Shown here: positions 8,160 to 19,485 of the stretch, piece after piece
Layout: each line of letters starts with the position of its first letter
How positions within the stretch are numbered: the stretch's first letter is position 1
Assembly: GCA_023261745.1 (NCBI GenBank)
Contig: JAGDXR010000026.1
Span: 1 to 44,329, forward strand
DNA: 44,329 nucleotides
Direction of reading: 5' to 3'
From: Thermoplasmata archaeon
GTDB lineage: Archaea; Thermoplasmatota; Thermoplasmata; Thermoplasmatales; ARK-15
Made by a program: the position numbers and the translations under genes
The notes under the pieces: model-generated
What the model was told of the DNA's origin: nothing
Databases searched by the model: none
The model's input: the letters and a program-made list of their open reading frames with translations, nothing else

Positions 8160-10844
8160 TCATCCCTTTGTCAGATAGAAATAGAGGGTATCTCCGCCCC
8201 CACCATATAGTGGGTTCTCTTCATACTGTACACCGTGGAGATATGGCGCATAGAACCAGAACTGATTGGTTTGTTCAGTGTATATGTAAAGATTAAGGTT
8301 AACTGCTATGACCTCTGCCAGATCAAAGTCCTGCAGTGCAAGTGTTTCATTTGATGTTGATTCTGCTGCATGTATCAGTTTTGTCATGTTTTCCCATTCC
8401 TGTGCCTCCTGTGTATATCCCCATGTCATCAGGTTTGTATAATTCCATCCATATGCTCCAGGATACGTTCCATTTTCAAGATACATTGCATTGACATAAT
8501 CTGAAGGATACGGGAAGTCTGGTGCCCATCCAAGCATGTTTATTGTAAGCGGATTTTGCAGAGGTGCCGCAAGCCATCCTATCAGGGATGCCCATGTTAC
8601 ATATACCGGCGTTATATGTATATTAGGATCGATTTGTGATAAGTTCTGTCCAAGCATACCTGCAGCAGCAAAGTCGGTTGGATCTCCTGCTGTTACTATT
8701 ATAGGAATATTAACTGTTGTATTATAATACCCTGATTCCATCATAAGTTTCTTTGCTTCTGTCAGATTGAACTGTGGAATTGTTGCACCGTGTGCAGCAA
8801 GCCACTGCTGAGATACATATCCGGGCATTCCTTTTGGTATAATACCTACATAATGGAATCCGAAATCTGCATGGTAAATGGCATTTCCAACAAGATTATT
8901 CATATAATTTGTGTAATTGAATGCATCAGCAAATGCAGCCCTGACATATGGATTTGCGAAATAGTGTGACGGTAAATTGTAATTGGTACCTATCGCCGTA
9001 TGCAATACTGATATATTGATATTCCAGTTAAATACCCAGAAGAATATGCTTAATGAAGGGAATGAATATATACTTACCTTACCCTGGGATTGCAATGACT
9101 GAACTGTTGGATAATACGTGGGAGGAAGACCTTCAGTTATGTCGGACTGACCACTCTTCATCATCAACAATGCGGTTTCTGGATCTTTAACCCACTGTAT
9201 GTATACCTTATCAGTTGGTGCCTTGTTATATCCTGGTATTCCAGGAATTGGTGTATAATTCGGATTGGGCGCAAGTATTATTGATTGCCCTACAAGATAT
9301 GTCTGTATCATGTAAGGTCCCGAACCCATGGCATTATCCCTTACATAGGTATTGTAATCACTTGGATTTCCTTCATTTACATATGCAGAGAATCCCTGGG
9401 GTGTGAATGTTATTCCGGCTCCATGCTGTACCAGCCAGTTATAGTCAACTATTCCTGCTCCAAGAGGATCCGCTACATATTCCAGAAATGCAGGATCAGG
9501 TTTCAGAAGATGGAATGTTATGCTATCGGTTGCATTGTTGACGGTCATGGCTGCGGTTATATTCTGATATGTATTTGTGCCCCATCCACCATCAGGCAAT
9601 AGATCCTGACCAAGTATCCAGCCAGGGTTTGATGGGTTATCCATGAATAATAATGTCCTTACAATGCTGGTATAAACATCCCAAGCTGTAAGAGGATCAC
9701 CATTTGCAAACTTCAATCCGGATCTGACATAGAATGTGTAATTCAATCCATTTGGAGATATCAATCCATTCTGCATTGTGGGTACTTTTGTTGCAACTAT
9801 CGGAATGAGCTGTGATGTCGAAGAAGCATTATACTGAATCAATGTTTCATAAACATTATCTATTATTTCTGCTCCCACTGTCTCATAATCGATTGCAGGA
9901 TCAAAAGAATATGGACCTCCCGGAACTACCTCTGCAACATTGATAACTCCTGGAGAGGGTATATTACCGCTGGCCTTCAATATTCCTGCCTTCTGTCCGG
10001 ATGATGCCACATAGACTGTAAATAATTCAGATAATGCAACATGCTGTCCTGACATGACCTGGCTGTAATATGAAGATGGAATATATTCTGTCTGTGTATT
10101 ATTGTTTACAACCAAATATTTCATGAATGGTGCCTGGTTGTATGTTACCACTGTAAAATTAATTATGTAAAAGCCAGTGTTCTTAAATGTATGCATTGCA
10201 AGATTTGTACTGTATGATCCGCTTGTTTTATTATAAATTACAGGTGTTATGGTTGAATTGGATCCATCACCGTAGTTTATTACATAATATCCCACGGTCC
10301 AGTTTGTTGCGCTTGGTGGCTGGAGAAACGATTCAAGGAATGCCGACTGCTGTCCCTGAGAAAGTATGGGCGCGTTTGGCTCATATGTTGTGTTAAATGC
10401 CATTGAAGGCTGGGCCATCTCAGACTCCAGTGTTGAATTGGATGGAGTGCTAGGGGATATAGTTATATAAAGCATGTTCGCAAGATTATCTGCATACCCA
10501 CCAGATCCAGATGCATTCACATAAATAAGATATTTACCGGGATACGCATAAGAATGGTTTACCACTGTACCTGTTGCCGATGATCCATCGCCAAAATACC
10601 ATGTCACCTTTGAAACTGTTCCTGTAACGGATGCTGTAAATGTTATTGGACTGTTAGTTGTACCAAGCTGTGTTGTTACAGATGCAGAGACTGTAGGTGC
10701 TGTTGGAGATGGTGTTGGACTTGGGCTCGGAGATGGACTGGTTGTCGTTGTTGGCTTCTGTTGAAGCATTACTGCTGCCGCTGCAATTATCACTATCAAA
10801 ACGATTACAACTGCTATAATCGCATAAAGAGTTTTCTTTTCCAT
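8160..10844 (-). CDS. oppA: Peptide ABC transporter substrate-binding protein (family 5) with N-terminal membrane anchor, Thr/Pro/Ser linker and PKD-like domains
   Basis: N-terminal hydrophobic helix, TTTTSPSPSPSPTPSPT linker, PKD motifs WYFGDG and INYGDG, SBP motifs SFDPAIDYE, NVYETLI, LKFANGDPLTAWDV, GSGPY, VRAAFADAFN, GWAPDFPYP. Confidence 0.9.
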   Translation of the reverse strand: MEKKTLYAIIAVVIVLIVIIAAAAVMLQQKPTTTTSPSPSPSPTPSPTAPTVSASVTTQLGTTNSPITFTASVTGTVSKVTWYFGDGSSATGTVVNHSYAYPGKYLIYVNASGSGGYADNLANMLYITISPSTPSNSTLESEMAQPSMAFNTTYEPNAPILSQGQQSAFLESFLQPPSATNWTVGYYVINYGDGSNSTITPVIYNKTSGSYSTNLAMHTFKNTGFYIINFTVVTYNQAPFMKYLVVNNNTQTEYIPSSYYSQVMSGQHVALSELFTVYVASSGQKAGILKASGNIPSPGVINVAEVVPGGPYSFDPAIDYETVGAEIIDNVYETLIQYNASSTSQLIPIVATKVPTMQNGLISPNGLNYTFYVRSGLKFANGDPLTAWDVYTSIVRTLLFMDNPSNPGWILGQDLLPDGGWGTNTYQNITAAMTVNNATDSITFHLLKPDPAFLEYVADPLGAGIVDYNWLVQHGAGITFTPQGFSAYVNEGNPSDYNTYVRDNAMGSGPYMIQTYLVGQSIILAPNPNYTPIPGIPGYNKAPTDKVYIQWVKDPETALLMMKSGQSDITEGLPPTYYPTVQSLQSQGKVSIYSFPSLSIFFWVFNWNINISVLHTAIGTNYNLPSHYFANPYVRAAFADAFNYTNYMNNLVGNAIYHADFGFHYVGIIPKGMPGYVSQQWLAAHGATIPQFNLTEAKKLMMESGYYNTTVNIPIIVTAGDPTDFAAAGMLGQNLSQIDPNIHITPVYVTWASLIGWLAAPLQNPLTINMLGWAPDFPYPSDYVNAMYLENGTYPGAYGWNYTNLMTWGYTQEAQEWENMTKLIHAAESTSNETLALQDFDLAEVIAVNLNLYIYTEQTNQFWFYAPYLHGVQYEENPLYGGGGDTLYFYLTKG

Positions 10845-10956
10845 AGAACCTACCTCAACCTTACGATTACAATTTAAATAATAAATATTTTGGTATACCC
10901 CATTTTAATATAAAACATATTGAAAAAGACCATTTAATTTATTGATCCTCAATCAT

Positions 10957-11292
10957 TTAAAACTGTCCCCTCATGAGTCTGATTATGCTGCTCTCAATAT
11001 TTGCAGAAGATATTTCATCTGTTATATCTGAAATATCAAAATCTTTATTTTTTGTAATTTCAATAATTTCTTGATTTCCCCTGGTCCATATTAAATATAT
11101 CACGGAATTCTCTAAACATATTTCAATGAGACCATAATCTAAATATGGAGACCAGAAATTGTTCAGGCATCTTATATTCTTAAAAACATTTCTGATGGTT
11201 TCTTCAATTTTCAATGGCCCATATTCAGTTTTTATTTTAACTACCCATTTCCCATCAGAATTTTGAATGGTTTTTTTAATTTCATCGAACAT
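10957..11292 (-). CDS. Hypothetical protein (111 aa)
   Basis: ATG-started ORF filling the gap between oppA and the oxidoreductase; no recognisable motif. Confidence 0.6.
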   Translation of the reverse strand: MFDEIKKTIQNSDGKWVVKIKTEYGPLKIEETIRNVFKNIRCLNNFWSPYLDYGLIEICLENSVIYLIWTRGNQEIIEITKNKDFDISDITDEISSANIESSIIRLMRGQF

Positions 11293-11336
11293 TGAAGACA
11301 GTATTTATTAAGATATTTTAATTTATTCTATTTTTG

Positions 11337-13115
11337 ATGAAATATTATTCCGCATGCCCAAGGGATTGCTATGATGCATGTTCCATAATTACGGAGATTA
11401 ATGATGGTAAAATATCAATATATGGAAACAGGATTCATCCCTATACAGATGGATTTTTATGTTTGAAATCAAAATGGTACGTCAAAGCATCTCATGGTGA
11501 TGCAAGGTTAACTGAACCTATGATCAAAAAAAATGATAAATTTGAAAAAATATCCTGGAATGATGCATTTAAAATAATATCGGAGAGAATTAAAGATCCG
11601 GAAAGGTTTTTGCCATACGATTATGCCGGCAACAGAGCCCTAATATCATATAATTTCCCCCAGAGAATGTTCAATTATTTTGGAACCTTGAAACTTAATC
11701 ATTCATTGTGCGATGAGGCCGGCAATATATCCCTGATTAATTTGCTCGGGTCTTCCACGGGATATAATCCTGATGATATTAATAAATCCGATTTATTTGT
11801 TTATTGGGGCATGAATCCCGTATGGACAAACATTCATGGATGGGCAAAGGTTAAAAAGAATGTGGAAAAAATTGTTGTAATAGATCCAGAAATAACGGAA
11901 ACAGCTAAATCTTCTTTTATGCATATTAGAATTTTTCCTGGAAAAGATTTCAAGTTTGCAATGTTTGTTGCTAAAATGCTGAATGTAAAAATGAAAAAAT
12001 ATCCAGATTTTATCATGGATTTTGATGAACTTGATGAAAATGATAAAAAAAATGCAGAAAAATTCTCTGAGATGTTAATGAAAGCAAAAAATCCGGTTAT
12101 CCATATTGGATACGGTTTTCAGAAACAGATAAATGGTGGAATTACTGTAATGGCAATTGCCTTTATATTATCAATTCTTGATAAAGACTACAATTTTATA
12201 TATGATAGAAGGCACAGAATTGATTATGATTACCTGAGAGGAAAAAATGAAAATAGAAAGGAAATAAATCAGTACACAATTGCTGATCAGATGGATAAAT
12301 TTGACACACTTTTTATTTACGGAAGCAACCCATTCAATTCTCTGCCAAACCAGAAAAAATTCCGTGAAAAAATTATTGAGAAGGATATTTTTGTCATCAC
12401 TCATGATCTTTACTTAAATGATACAGTAATGAATTCCAATCTTATTTTACCCGCAGCACATTTTTTTGAATTTAATGACCTTGTGGATTCATATTATCAT
12501 GATTATATTTCACTGAATCAGAAAATCGCTGACCCCTTGGGGCTTGCCCTTTCAAATCATGATCTATTCGTAAACCTAGCTAAATTCATGGAACTGAATG
12601 ACCCTTTTCTCATTGAAGATGAAATGAATATCATAGATAATATAATAAAAAGATCAAACATTGACAGAATATCACTTTTTGAAAAAGGTTACGCATGGAT
12701 CGAGCCTGAAATCATCAGAAAAAAATTTGATTTTAATTATTTCATGGAAAATATTGATAAATACAGAAAAGAGAATAGCAGAGATTTTAGATTGATTTCA
12801 TCCACAAATGTTATGTCCATAGGCTCTCTGCACAACAATCTCTATGATTTTGATACCTATGCATATATAAATGATGAGGATGCGGAACAGATGAATATAA
12901 AGGATAATGATACTGTGAAAATATTTAATGAAAAATACAGCATAATTACAAGAATAAAGATTTCCGGAAGGATAATGAAAAAAACAGTAGTGATTTACAG
13001 AGGTTCGTGGGTCAAAAATTATGGATGGAATGTAAATTTTTTGACAGATGATAAATCACAGTTGTATAATGGCCCATCCTTCCAATCAACTTTTGTAAAA
13101 ATAGAAAAATTATAA
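11337..13115 (+). CDS. Molybdopterin-dependent oxidoreductase catalytic subunit (DMSO reductase/MopB superfamily)
   Basis: N-terminal CPRDCYDAC...LCLK Fe-S motif, RLTEPM, ISWNDA, SLCDEAG, WGMNP, VIDP, GSNP, LILPAA, C-terminal dinucleotide-binding domain (INDEDA...VNFLT). Confidence 0.9.
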   Translation: MKYYSACPRDCYDACSIITEINDGKISIYGNRIHPYTDGFLCLKSKWYVKASHGDARLTEPMIKKNDKFEKISWNDAFKIISERIKDPERFLPYDYAGNRALISYNFPQRMFNYFGTLKLNHSLCDEAGNISLINLLGSSTGYNPDDINKSDLFVYWGMNPVWTNIHGWAKVKKNVEKIVVIDPEITETAKSSFMHIRIFPGKDFKFAMFVAKMLNVKMKKYPDFIMDFDELDENDKKNAEKFSEMLMKAKNPVIHIGYGFQKQINGGITVMAIAFILSILDKDYNFIYDRRHRIDYDYLRGKNENRKEINQYTIADQMDKFDTLFIYGSNPFNSLPNQKKFREKIIEKDIFVITHDLYLNDTVMNSNLILPAAHFFEFNDLVDSYYHDYISLNQKIADPLGLALSNHDLFVNLAKFMELNDPFLIEDEMNIIDNIIKRSNIDRISLFEKGYAWIEPEIIRKKFDFNYFMENIDKYRKENSRDFRLISSTNVMSIGSLHNNLYDFDTYAYINDEDAEQMNIKDNDTVKIFNEKYSIITRIKISGRIMKKTVVIYRGSWVKNYGWNVNFLTDDKSQLYNGPSFQSTFVKIEKL

Positions 13116-13679
13116 ACTATTTTTATATACTTTATTTAAATATATTATTTTGGATATGCTTTCAACCAGGGTTAAATTTTTCAGGGCCTCACCCAGATCC
13201 TTTCCTCTGGCAAATGTCCCATGCCCCTTTACTACGGCCATTTTGTGTTCCTTCATAACGTATCCGAGACTCATTGCCAGTTCCTTTGATGCAACAGGAT
13301 TTTCTATATCTATTACAGGTATATATTTCAGATAATATTTTCCTTCTGCATCAACAGGAACGATCCTATCTGTGTTTTCTGAAATCGATAAAACTATGGC
13401 ATATATCGTATGTGCATGTATTATCGCATTCGATTCGGTGTTTTTGTAAATTTCAACGTGTGAATAGACCTCTGAAGAAGCAATGTCATAATTTTTTTGG
13501 TCCACTAAAGAAATTTCAACTATATCATCTTCAGAGAGAGATCCCATCATTGTTCCGTGCTTTTTAATAAATATTTTATTACCATGCCTGACACTTATGT
13601 TACCACTGTGGCTGGATTCCGTTAGCCCCATCTCAAATAGTATTCGACCATATTTTATTATTTCATTTTTTACATTCAT
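13110..13679 (-). CDS. Class II aldolase/adducin family protein
   Basis: SGNISVR, ASSE..SH, HAHT, VKGHG zinc-binding motifs. Confidence 0.9.
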   Translation of the reverse strand: MNVKNEIIKYGRILFEMGLTESSHSGNISVRHGNKIFIKKHGTMMGSLSEDDIVEISLVDQKNYDIASSEVYSHVEIYKNTESNAIIHAHTIYAIVLSISENTDRIVPVDAEGKYYLKYIPVIDIENPVASKELAMSLGYVMKEHKMAVVKGHGTFARGKDLGEALKNLTLVESISKIIYLNKVYKNSL

Positions 13680-13684
13680 AATTA

Positions 13685-15160
13685 TCAGTGGCTGAAAGCC
13701 CTCTTTCCTGTAAATACCATTGCAATGTTGAGTTCATCAGCCCTCTTTATTACTTCATTATCTCTCTTTGATCCACCTGGCTGTATTATCGCTGTTATGC
13801 CGGCCTTTGCAGCTTCTTCCACATCATCAACAAAAGGTAAAAATCCATCAGAGGCCATTACTGAATTCTTTGCCCTTTCTCCCGCCTTCATTGATGCAAT
13901 CTTTACCGCATCAACCCTGCTCATCTGACCTGCACCGATGCCTGTTGTTGTTTTATTGAATGCAAAAACTATTGCATTGCTTTTAACATGCCTTACAACA
14001 TTCCAAGAAAATCTGAGGTCTTCCTCTTCCCTTTTATCCGGCTTCCTTTCAGTAACGACATTCCACTCTATTTCATCGTTTCCCTTAATCTGATATAAAA
14101 ATCCCCCGGCCGCATTCCTCAAATCAAAATTTTCTGTTCTGCCATCAAATTTTATTACCCTAAGATCCTTTTTGTATTTTGAAAAAAATTCTATAGAATT
14201 TTCATCATAATCAGGTGCGACGATAAGTTCATAGAAATTGTTCCTCATTTTTTTTGCAAAGCTTTCATTAACCTTAAAATTGACACCTATGATTCCACCA
14301 TATGCTGACATTGAATCAGCAAGAAATGCACGATCATATACAATGTCAATTTTTTGACCGCTGGAAACACCGCATGGATTTCCGTGCTTGATAATAGCAA
14401 CTGCAGGTTCATCGAAATCATTCACAATTTTCCATGCTACATCCATGTCAAGGATATTGTTATAGGAGATTTCCTTACCCCTTATATATCTCCATGGCAT
14501 GCTGTCTGAATAAAATCCGGCAATATCATGTGGATTTTCACCGTACCTGAGCTTTTCATAGATCATTGATGATACTGATATTCCCGGTGGAATTGTGGAA
14601 TGGAATTTGTTCCAGAACCTGTTGAAAATGTTTGAATCATACCATGATGTATAAAGAAAGGCCTTTACCGCCAGTTCTTTCCTTTTCTCCATACCAACGT
14701 ATCCATTTTCACCTATTTCTCTGATTATTTCATCATAATTATCCGGGTCTGTTATGACTGTTACCCTTTCATAATTCTTTGCGGCCGCCCTAATAAGTGA
14801 AACTCCACCTATATCTATATTTTCAACCATTTCCCTTTCATCATCACCGGTATTTTTGAAATCGTATAGATTTACTACAACCATGTCAATTGGTTTTATG
14901 CCGAACCTTTTCAATTCGTTGATCTGGTCATTCCTGGCAAGAATTCCAGCATAAATGTTTGGATGCAGAGTTTTTACCCTTCCATCCAGCATTTCCTTAA
15001 AACCAGTAATGCTTTCCATGTCATTTATATTCTTAATCTTATTCTCTTCCAGATACCTCTTTGTTCCTGATGTGGCATATATTTCATTCCCCTTTTCTAT
15101 GAGAAATTGAACAAATTTTTCAATATTCCTTTTATCCGTAACTGATACAATAATATTCAT
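13685..15160 (-). CDS. purH: Bifunctional AICAR transformylase/IMP cyclohydrolase
   Basis: SVTDK, GRVKTLHP, ENIDIGG, AAAKNY, LRYGENPH, IKHGNPCG, VKSNAIV, GAGQMSRVDA, MASDGF, IIQPGGS. Confidence 0.96.
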   Translation of the reverse strand: MNIIVSVTDKRNIEKFVQFLIEKGNEIYATSGTKRYLEENKIKNINDMESITGFKEMLDGRVKTLHPNIYAGILARNDQINELKRFGIKPIDMVVVNLYDFKNTGDDEREMVENIDIGGVSLIRAAAKNYERVTVITDPDNYDEIIREIGENGYVGMEKRKELAVKAFLYTSWYDSNIFNRFWNKFHSTIPPGISVSSMIYEKLRYGENPHDIAGFYSDSMPWRYIRGKEISYNNILDMDVAWKIVNDFDEPAVAIIKHGNPCGVSSGQKIDIVYDRAFLADSMSAYGGIIGVNFKVNESFAKKMRNNFYELIVAPDYDENSIEFFSKYKKDLRVIKFDGRTENFDLRNAAGGFLYQIKGNDEIEWNVVTERKPDKREEEDLRFSWNVVRHVKSNAIVFAFNKTTTGIGAGQMSRVDAVKIASMKAGERAKNSVMASDGFLPFVDDVEEAAKAGITAIIQPGGSKRDNEVIKRADELNIAMVFTGKRAFSH

Positions 15161-15182
15161 GATTGTGTAATATAATTTTTAA

Positions 15183-15881
15183 TTAAATTTTTATCGATAA
15201 CTTTTCATTACACCTGAAAAACCTTATTTTAAGAAGATATAGAAGGTTCTTTACACCATCCTTGAACCTCTGCAATTTAACCTCTCCCATCCTTACACCA
15301 TAATCTATTGGAAGTTCTTTTGATCTGAACTTTGTGAAAGCCTGGATTTTCAGTTCTTCAGAAAATGGCATTCCATCTGAACAGAGATTCATACCATATA
15401 ATATTTCCTTTCTGAATATCCACATACCGCTCTGGGAATCCTTTATTTTTAGGAAAAATAACATCAAAACGGCATAATTGAGAATTAGGTTTCCTATTCT
15501 GTGGGCCTTTACCATGGCCTCAGGAGATAACCTGCTTATCCTTTCACATGAAATAAAATCATAATTATCTCTGTAGAGTATATCAATATAATCATTAATT
15601 ACCTCTGGGGGGTATGTATTGTCACCGTCCAGTGTTACTATTATTTTTCCTGAAGCATTTGAAAATCCGGTCTTGTATGCCCTCCCATACCCCTTTCTTT
15701 TTTCTTCTATGACCCTGGCCCCCATGGATCTAGCAATATCTGGTGTTCTATCTGTACTGTTATCAACAATCAAAATTTCATAATTTCCGATGACACTTTT
15801 CCTTATCCTTTCAATAACCTTTCCTATATTTTCCTCTTCATTCATTGTAGGTATGATTATGCTCATTTCGATTTCATCCAA
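15183..15881 (-). CDS. Glycosyltransferase family 2 (dolichol-phosphate mannosyltransferase-like)
   Basis: IIIPTMNEE, VDNSTD, GYGRAYKTG, LDGDNTY, DSQSGM, RMGEVKL. Confidence 0.88.
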   Translation of the reverse strand: MDEIEMSIIIPTMNEEENIGKVIERIRKSVIGNYEILIVDNSTDRTPDIARSMGARVIEEKRKGYGRAYKTGFSNASGKIIVTLDGDNTYPPEVINDYIDILYRDNYDFISCERISRLSPEAMVKAHRIGNLILNYAVLMLFFLKIKDSQSGMWIFRKEILYGMNLCSDGMPFSEELKIQAFTKFRSKELPIDYGVRMGEVKLQRFKDGVKNLLYLLKIRFFRCNEKLSIKI

Positions 15882-15882
15882 A

Positions 15883-16653
15883 TCAGCTCACCTTACCTCT
15901 AATATAACCAGTAATTGCAAACATTAACCTTGCTATACCGAATAAATTGAATTGCCCTGTCTCAACCATTGATTTTATCGAATACATTTTCCATACATTG
16001 CCATGTTTTTTATTTAGCTGGGCCCTCCCATATCCATTCCAGTATGCCTGCCTTAAAAAAGATCCAATATCATCCCTGACTTTATTGTAAACTACGGCAT
16101 GTTCATTGTAGCAAAACCTTGCTCCTATGTCCAGAGACCTCATATTCAAATCAATATCCTCAGCAGTTATGAATATCTCATCAAACCCTTTCAATCTTAA
16201 AAAAAGGATTTTTTTATATCCAAGATTGCAGGAGGGATATGTGACATCAATCCCCCTGTAAAATAGTTCTACCCTACCAAATTTTGTGTATGTATTTTTT
16301 CCAATGCTTATAGTTTTTCCTGCCACAAAGTCACATCCTGAATCAAAGGATTTTCTCATTTCTGAGACCCAGTTCCTGTCAGCATAGGAATCACCGTCAA
16401 TGAATAGAACATATTCATATTTAGAGTTCATAACACCTATATTTCTCCCTTCCCCTCGAGTACTTTTTTTGATTATTATTTTTAGATCCATTTCATCTTT
16501 GAATTTTTTTGCGATTTCAACCGTTCGGTCACTGCTTTCTGAATCTACCATGACAACTTCAAAAGGCCTTTCCTGGATTTTAAGGGATTCGAATAATTCC
16601 AAAATGTTCTTTTCCTCATTCTTTACCGTTATTATTATCGATATTGGCAACAT
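15883..16653 (-). CDS. Glycosyltransferase family 2
   Basis: [31 protein letters not shown]...EDIDL. ATG 16653 follows GAAGGTGA. Confidence 0.88.
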   Translation of the reverse strand: MLPISIIITVKNEEKNILELFESLKIQERPFEVVMVDSESSDRTVEIAKKFKDEMDLKIIIKKSTRGEGRNIGVMNSKYEYVLFIDGDSYADRNWVSEMRKSFDSGCDFVAGKTISIGKNTYTKFGRVELFYRGIDVTYPSCNLGYKKILFLRLKGFDEIFITAEDIDLNMRSLDIGARFCYNEHAVVYNKVRDDIGSFLRQAYWNGYGRAQLNKKHGNVWKMYSIKSMVETGQFNLFGIARLMFAITGYIRGKVS

Positions 16654-18394
16654 CAAATTCACCTTCAATATCTATGTTTCCTGGGGGAAGCAATCTTACG
16701 ACCTCATCCTTTGAAATACTGAATTTTTTTGATATCTCAACTGCAGCATTTTCCTTTGTCATATTACCGGGAACTATTGATATTATTTTTTTGGCCTTAT
16801 TCCGAAAAGATTCTACTGACCCTATCATGACAATTTTCACATTCTGATATTCAATTTCCCCTATCCCAAGGCGCAGTGGGAGATTCCTCATGTAATTCCT
16901 TTTACCCCTTATTATCCAAGCCCCCCTGGGAACATATTCACCGCTCTCAGCCATTTTAGAAACCTGTGAAAATGTTACCCAGTATGCATCTGCAACTTTG
17001 TATCCGGCGTTCCATGCCCTTGAAAATGATACCCCGAAAATGCCTGCCTCAATAAGGGTTTTCTCTGTTATTCCAGTATTTTTAACAACAACGCTGGGGG
17101 CTCCATGAATATCTGCGTGAACGTAATAATCCTTTTCACCAAAGTACTTTTTAACAACCTCTTCATTGGATTTTGCATCCCTGCCTGCTATGACAATTGC
17201 ATTTTCAGATGATATGAACCACCTGTATTTCTCAAACCAGAACCTTTTCCTGTCTTCACGTATTACCTTCCTTTCTTCCTTTTCAACCTTTCTGGATTTT
17301 AGCCTCTCTATCGCAGCCAGTATTCCATCCATCTTTTCTGAATACTTCTTGGATTCTTCGTACTTCTGCTGGGCATTTCCTATGGAATTCAACATCATAT
17401 TGATATCTAATTCCCTTCCATCCATGTTAAGCTTTATCCATTTACCTTCACGTGATACAACTTCATCAGGATTCCTGTTCTGCCTTGTCTCCTTTATTAT
17501 ACCATCAATCCTTTCAAGATTCATCATTATAAAATCTGCATCATCCTTCAGATTTTCAGATAATTTTTTGTATTCTTCATATGTTTTCAGCTGTTCGTTT
17601 AATATTTTTTGATTCTCATCAATCTCATTTTTTCTATTGACTATTTCTGTTATGGCTTTATTTACGCTTTCATACTCTTCACATCCACCTAAATTTAATA
17701 TTGATATTTTATCCTCACATATATATGCATTGCATTTCCATTCAATAATGGATTTCATTTTTTCATAAATGCAGGATATTTCATTCCCATCAAGATCTCT
17801 TGATAATTTTTCTTTTTTTATGCTGCATGATTCCAGTATGTATTCTGAGTAATGGCTTAAATTTAATTTAAGGGCAAGAAACCTTAATATCTCCATTTCA
17901 TTTTTTAAAATTTCCCTGAAATTCTCAATATCTATTTTTCTTGGATCAACTGGGGATGGTGGATATCTGTATAATTCGCCTCTAGATATTTTCCTTCCCC
18001 TCCATTCCCTTGATATCAATGAATATTCTATGGTTCCGTTGTTCAAGAATATGAAATTTCCCTGACCGAACATTTCTATTATAATTGAATAATTTGATGA
18101 GAGATCAATTCTTATTATCCTGTCAAAATTTGGCTGTTCTATTGAGATTATCCTTCTATCTATCATGTTATCAAGAAATGGGTTTTGCCTTGATTCCATT
18201 TCATACCTTTCACCAAAATAAATGTATTTTGGTAAGAGAATGTACATGTCTCTGTTGCCTGCATCCTTCTTGTGAAATCTTATCTTTATATCTTCATTTA
18301 TTGAATATTTTTTTATGAATGAATCAATCAGATATCCCCTGTTCTCAATTAACCACGCATTTATGTCCAGACTTGTCAAACCCTCACTTTTCAT
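16616..18394 (-). CDS. rqcH: Rqc2/RqcH (NEMF/NFACT family) ribosome quality-control factor
   Basis: [83 protein letters not shown]. Confidence 0.93.
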   Translation of the reverse strand: MKSEGLTSLDINAWLIENRGYLIDSFIKKYSINEDIKIRFHKKDAGNRDMYILLPKYIYFGERYEMESRQNPFLDNMIDRRIISIEQPNFDRIIRIDLSSNYSIIIEMFGQGNFIFLNNGTIEYSLISREWRGRKISRGELYRYPPSPVDPRKIDIENFREILKNEMEILRFLALKLNLSHYSEYILESCSIKKEKLSRDLDGNEISCIYEKMKSIIEWKCNAYICEDKISILNLGGCEEYESVNKAITEIVNRKNEIDENQKILNEQLKTYEEYKKLSENLKDDADFIMMNLERIDGIIKETRQNRNPDEVVSREGKWIKLNMDGRELDINMMLNSIGNAQQKYEESKKYSEKMDGILAAIERLKSRKVEKEERKVIREDRKRFWFEKYRWFISSENAIVIAGRDAKSNEEVVKKYFGEKDYYVHADIHGAPSVVVKNTGITEKTLIEAGIFGVSFSRAWNAGYKVADAYWVTFSQVSKMAESGEYVPRGAWIIRGKRNYMRNLPLRLGIGEIEYQNVKIVMIGSVESFRNKAKKIISIVPGNMTKENAAVEISKKFSISKDEVVRLLPPGNIDIEGEFDVANIDNNNGKE

Positions 18395-19485
18395 TTCAAT
18401 CCCATTTCAGAAATCTTTTCCGGTAAATAAACATCTGTTACATAATTCAGGCCATATTTAGCAAGGGCCTGCTGCTCGGCCTTTTTACCTATCTTTAACA
18501 TCAGTTCGATCTCGTTCTTCCAAAATGGTGTTTTGAACCTCGGGTCATTTAATTCTGCGTAAAGAGCCTTTATATCTTTATCATTCAGCTTATCTGTTGG
18601 AAGATCATAATTGAGAATATCACTTGCAGTTACACCTATGAATTCAGCTGTAGGTGTTGCAAGGTATTCTGAAATGTGGGCGGTTTTTATTGCCCCATAT
18701 GCTATGCTGGCATAAATTCTGAATGACCATGGATCCCCATCCGTAAATACAAGCACCGGTAAACCGAGCTCCTCATTGAACCTTTTAAGAAGACGCCTAG
18801 TACTTCTTGCTGGCTGACCTTTAAGATGCACAAGTACAGCACGTGCCTTTTCATCGTACCCATTTTCAACGAGCCTGTCAAACATGCCTCCAGTTTCGAT
18901 TGCAAGGACGAAATCCGCGTCATAATCTATAATATTAATTTTTTCCTTTTCAACGTTATATGGTACAGGATAGCCAGAATCCCCCACATCATCCCTGCAA
19001 TTTATCCTCTGAGGTTTTCCTTTCCTGTTAATTTCCTCTATGGTTATGTTTCCTATTATCGTGGCACCGTTTTCCTCAGGACGCAGCTTAAAATCCTCTC
19101 TGAGATATTTTGTAAGAATTTCAATGTCCTCTGCTAGCTTGTCCGATTCATCCTGAGTATGGAACTTTGCAATACCCCAACTCTCTGAGATGTAATAAAG
19201 TTCTCTCAATGTTGATGATTTATTCTGTTCAATCATTTCTTTTATAAAATCAAGCATGAACATTGTTCTAAGAAGAGTATATGCACCCTCAATTTTTTTA
19301 GCACTTCTGTATATTTTATCATCACCGTATTTCCATACCCCCTTCGTTACGTCAAGCTTGATGTTGTATTTATTTCTGGCGGGCAATTCCATGTATGGAA
19401 TTTCACCTTTTTTCATCTGATCGTATATCTTTTCAACAATTTTCTTTAATTCATTCAATACCTCTTCACTCCTCTTCGTTTCCAT
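18391..19485 (-). CDS. top6A: DNA topoisomerase VI subunit A
   Basis: STLRELYY (catalytic Tyr), [33 protein letters not shown] 19485 follows GAGGGTGA. Confidence 0.96.
   Translation of the reverse strand: METKRSEEVLNELKKIVEKIYDQMKKGEIPYMELPARNKYNIKLDVTKGVWKYGDDKIYRSAKKIEGAYTLLRTMFMLDFIKEMIEQNKSSTLRELYYISESWGIAKFHTQDESDKLAEDIEILTKYLREDFKLRPEENGATIIGNITIEEINRKGKPQRINCRDDVGDSGYPVPYNVEKEKINIIDYDADFVLAIETGGMFDRLVENGYDEKARAVLVHLKGQPARSTRRLLKRFNEELGLPVLVFTDGDPWSFRIYASIAYGAIKTAHISEYLATPTAEFIGVTASDILNYDLPTDKLNDKDIKALYAELNDPRFKTPFWKNEIELMLKIGKKAEQQALAKYGLNYVTDVYLPEKISEMGLK

Noticed and set aside
10700..10752. Low-complexity repeats in oppA
   Set aside because: They encode an ordinary Thr/Pro/Ser linker.
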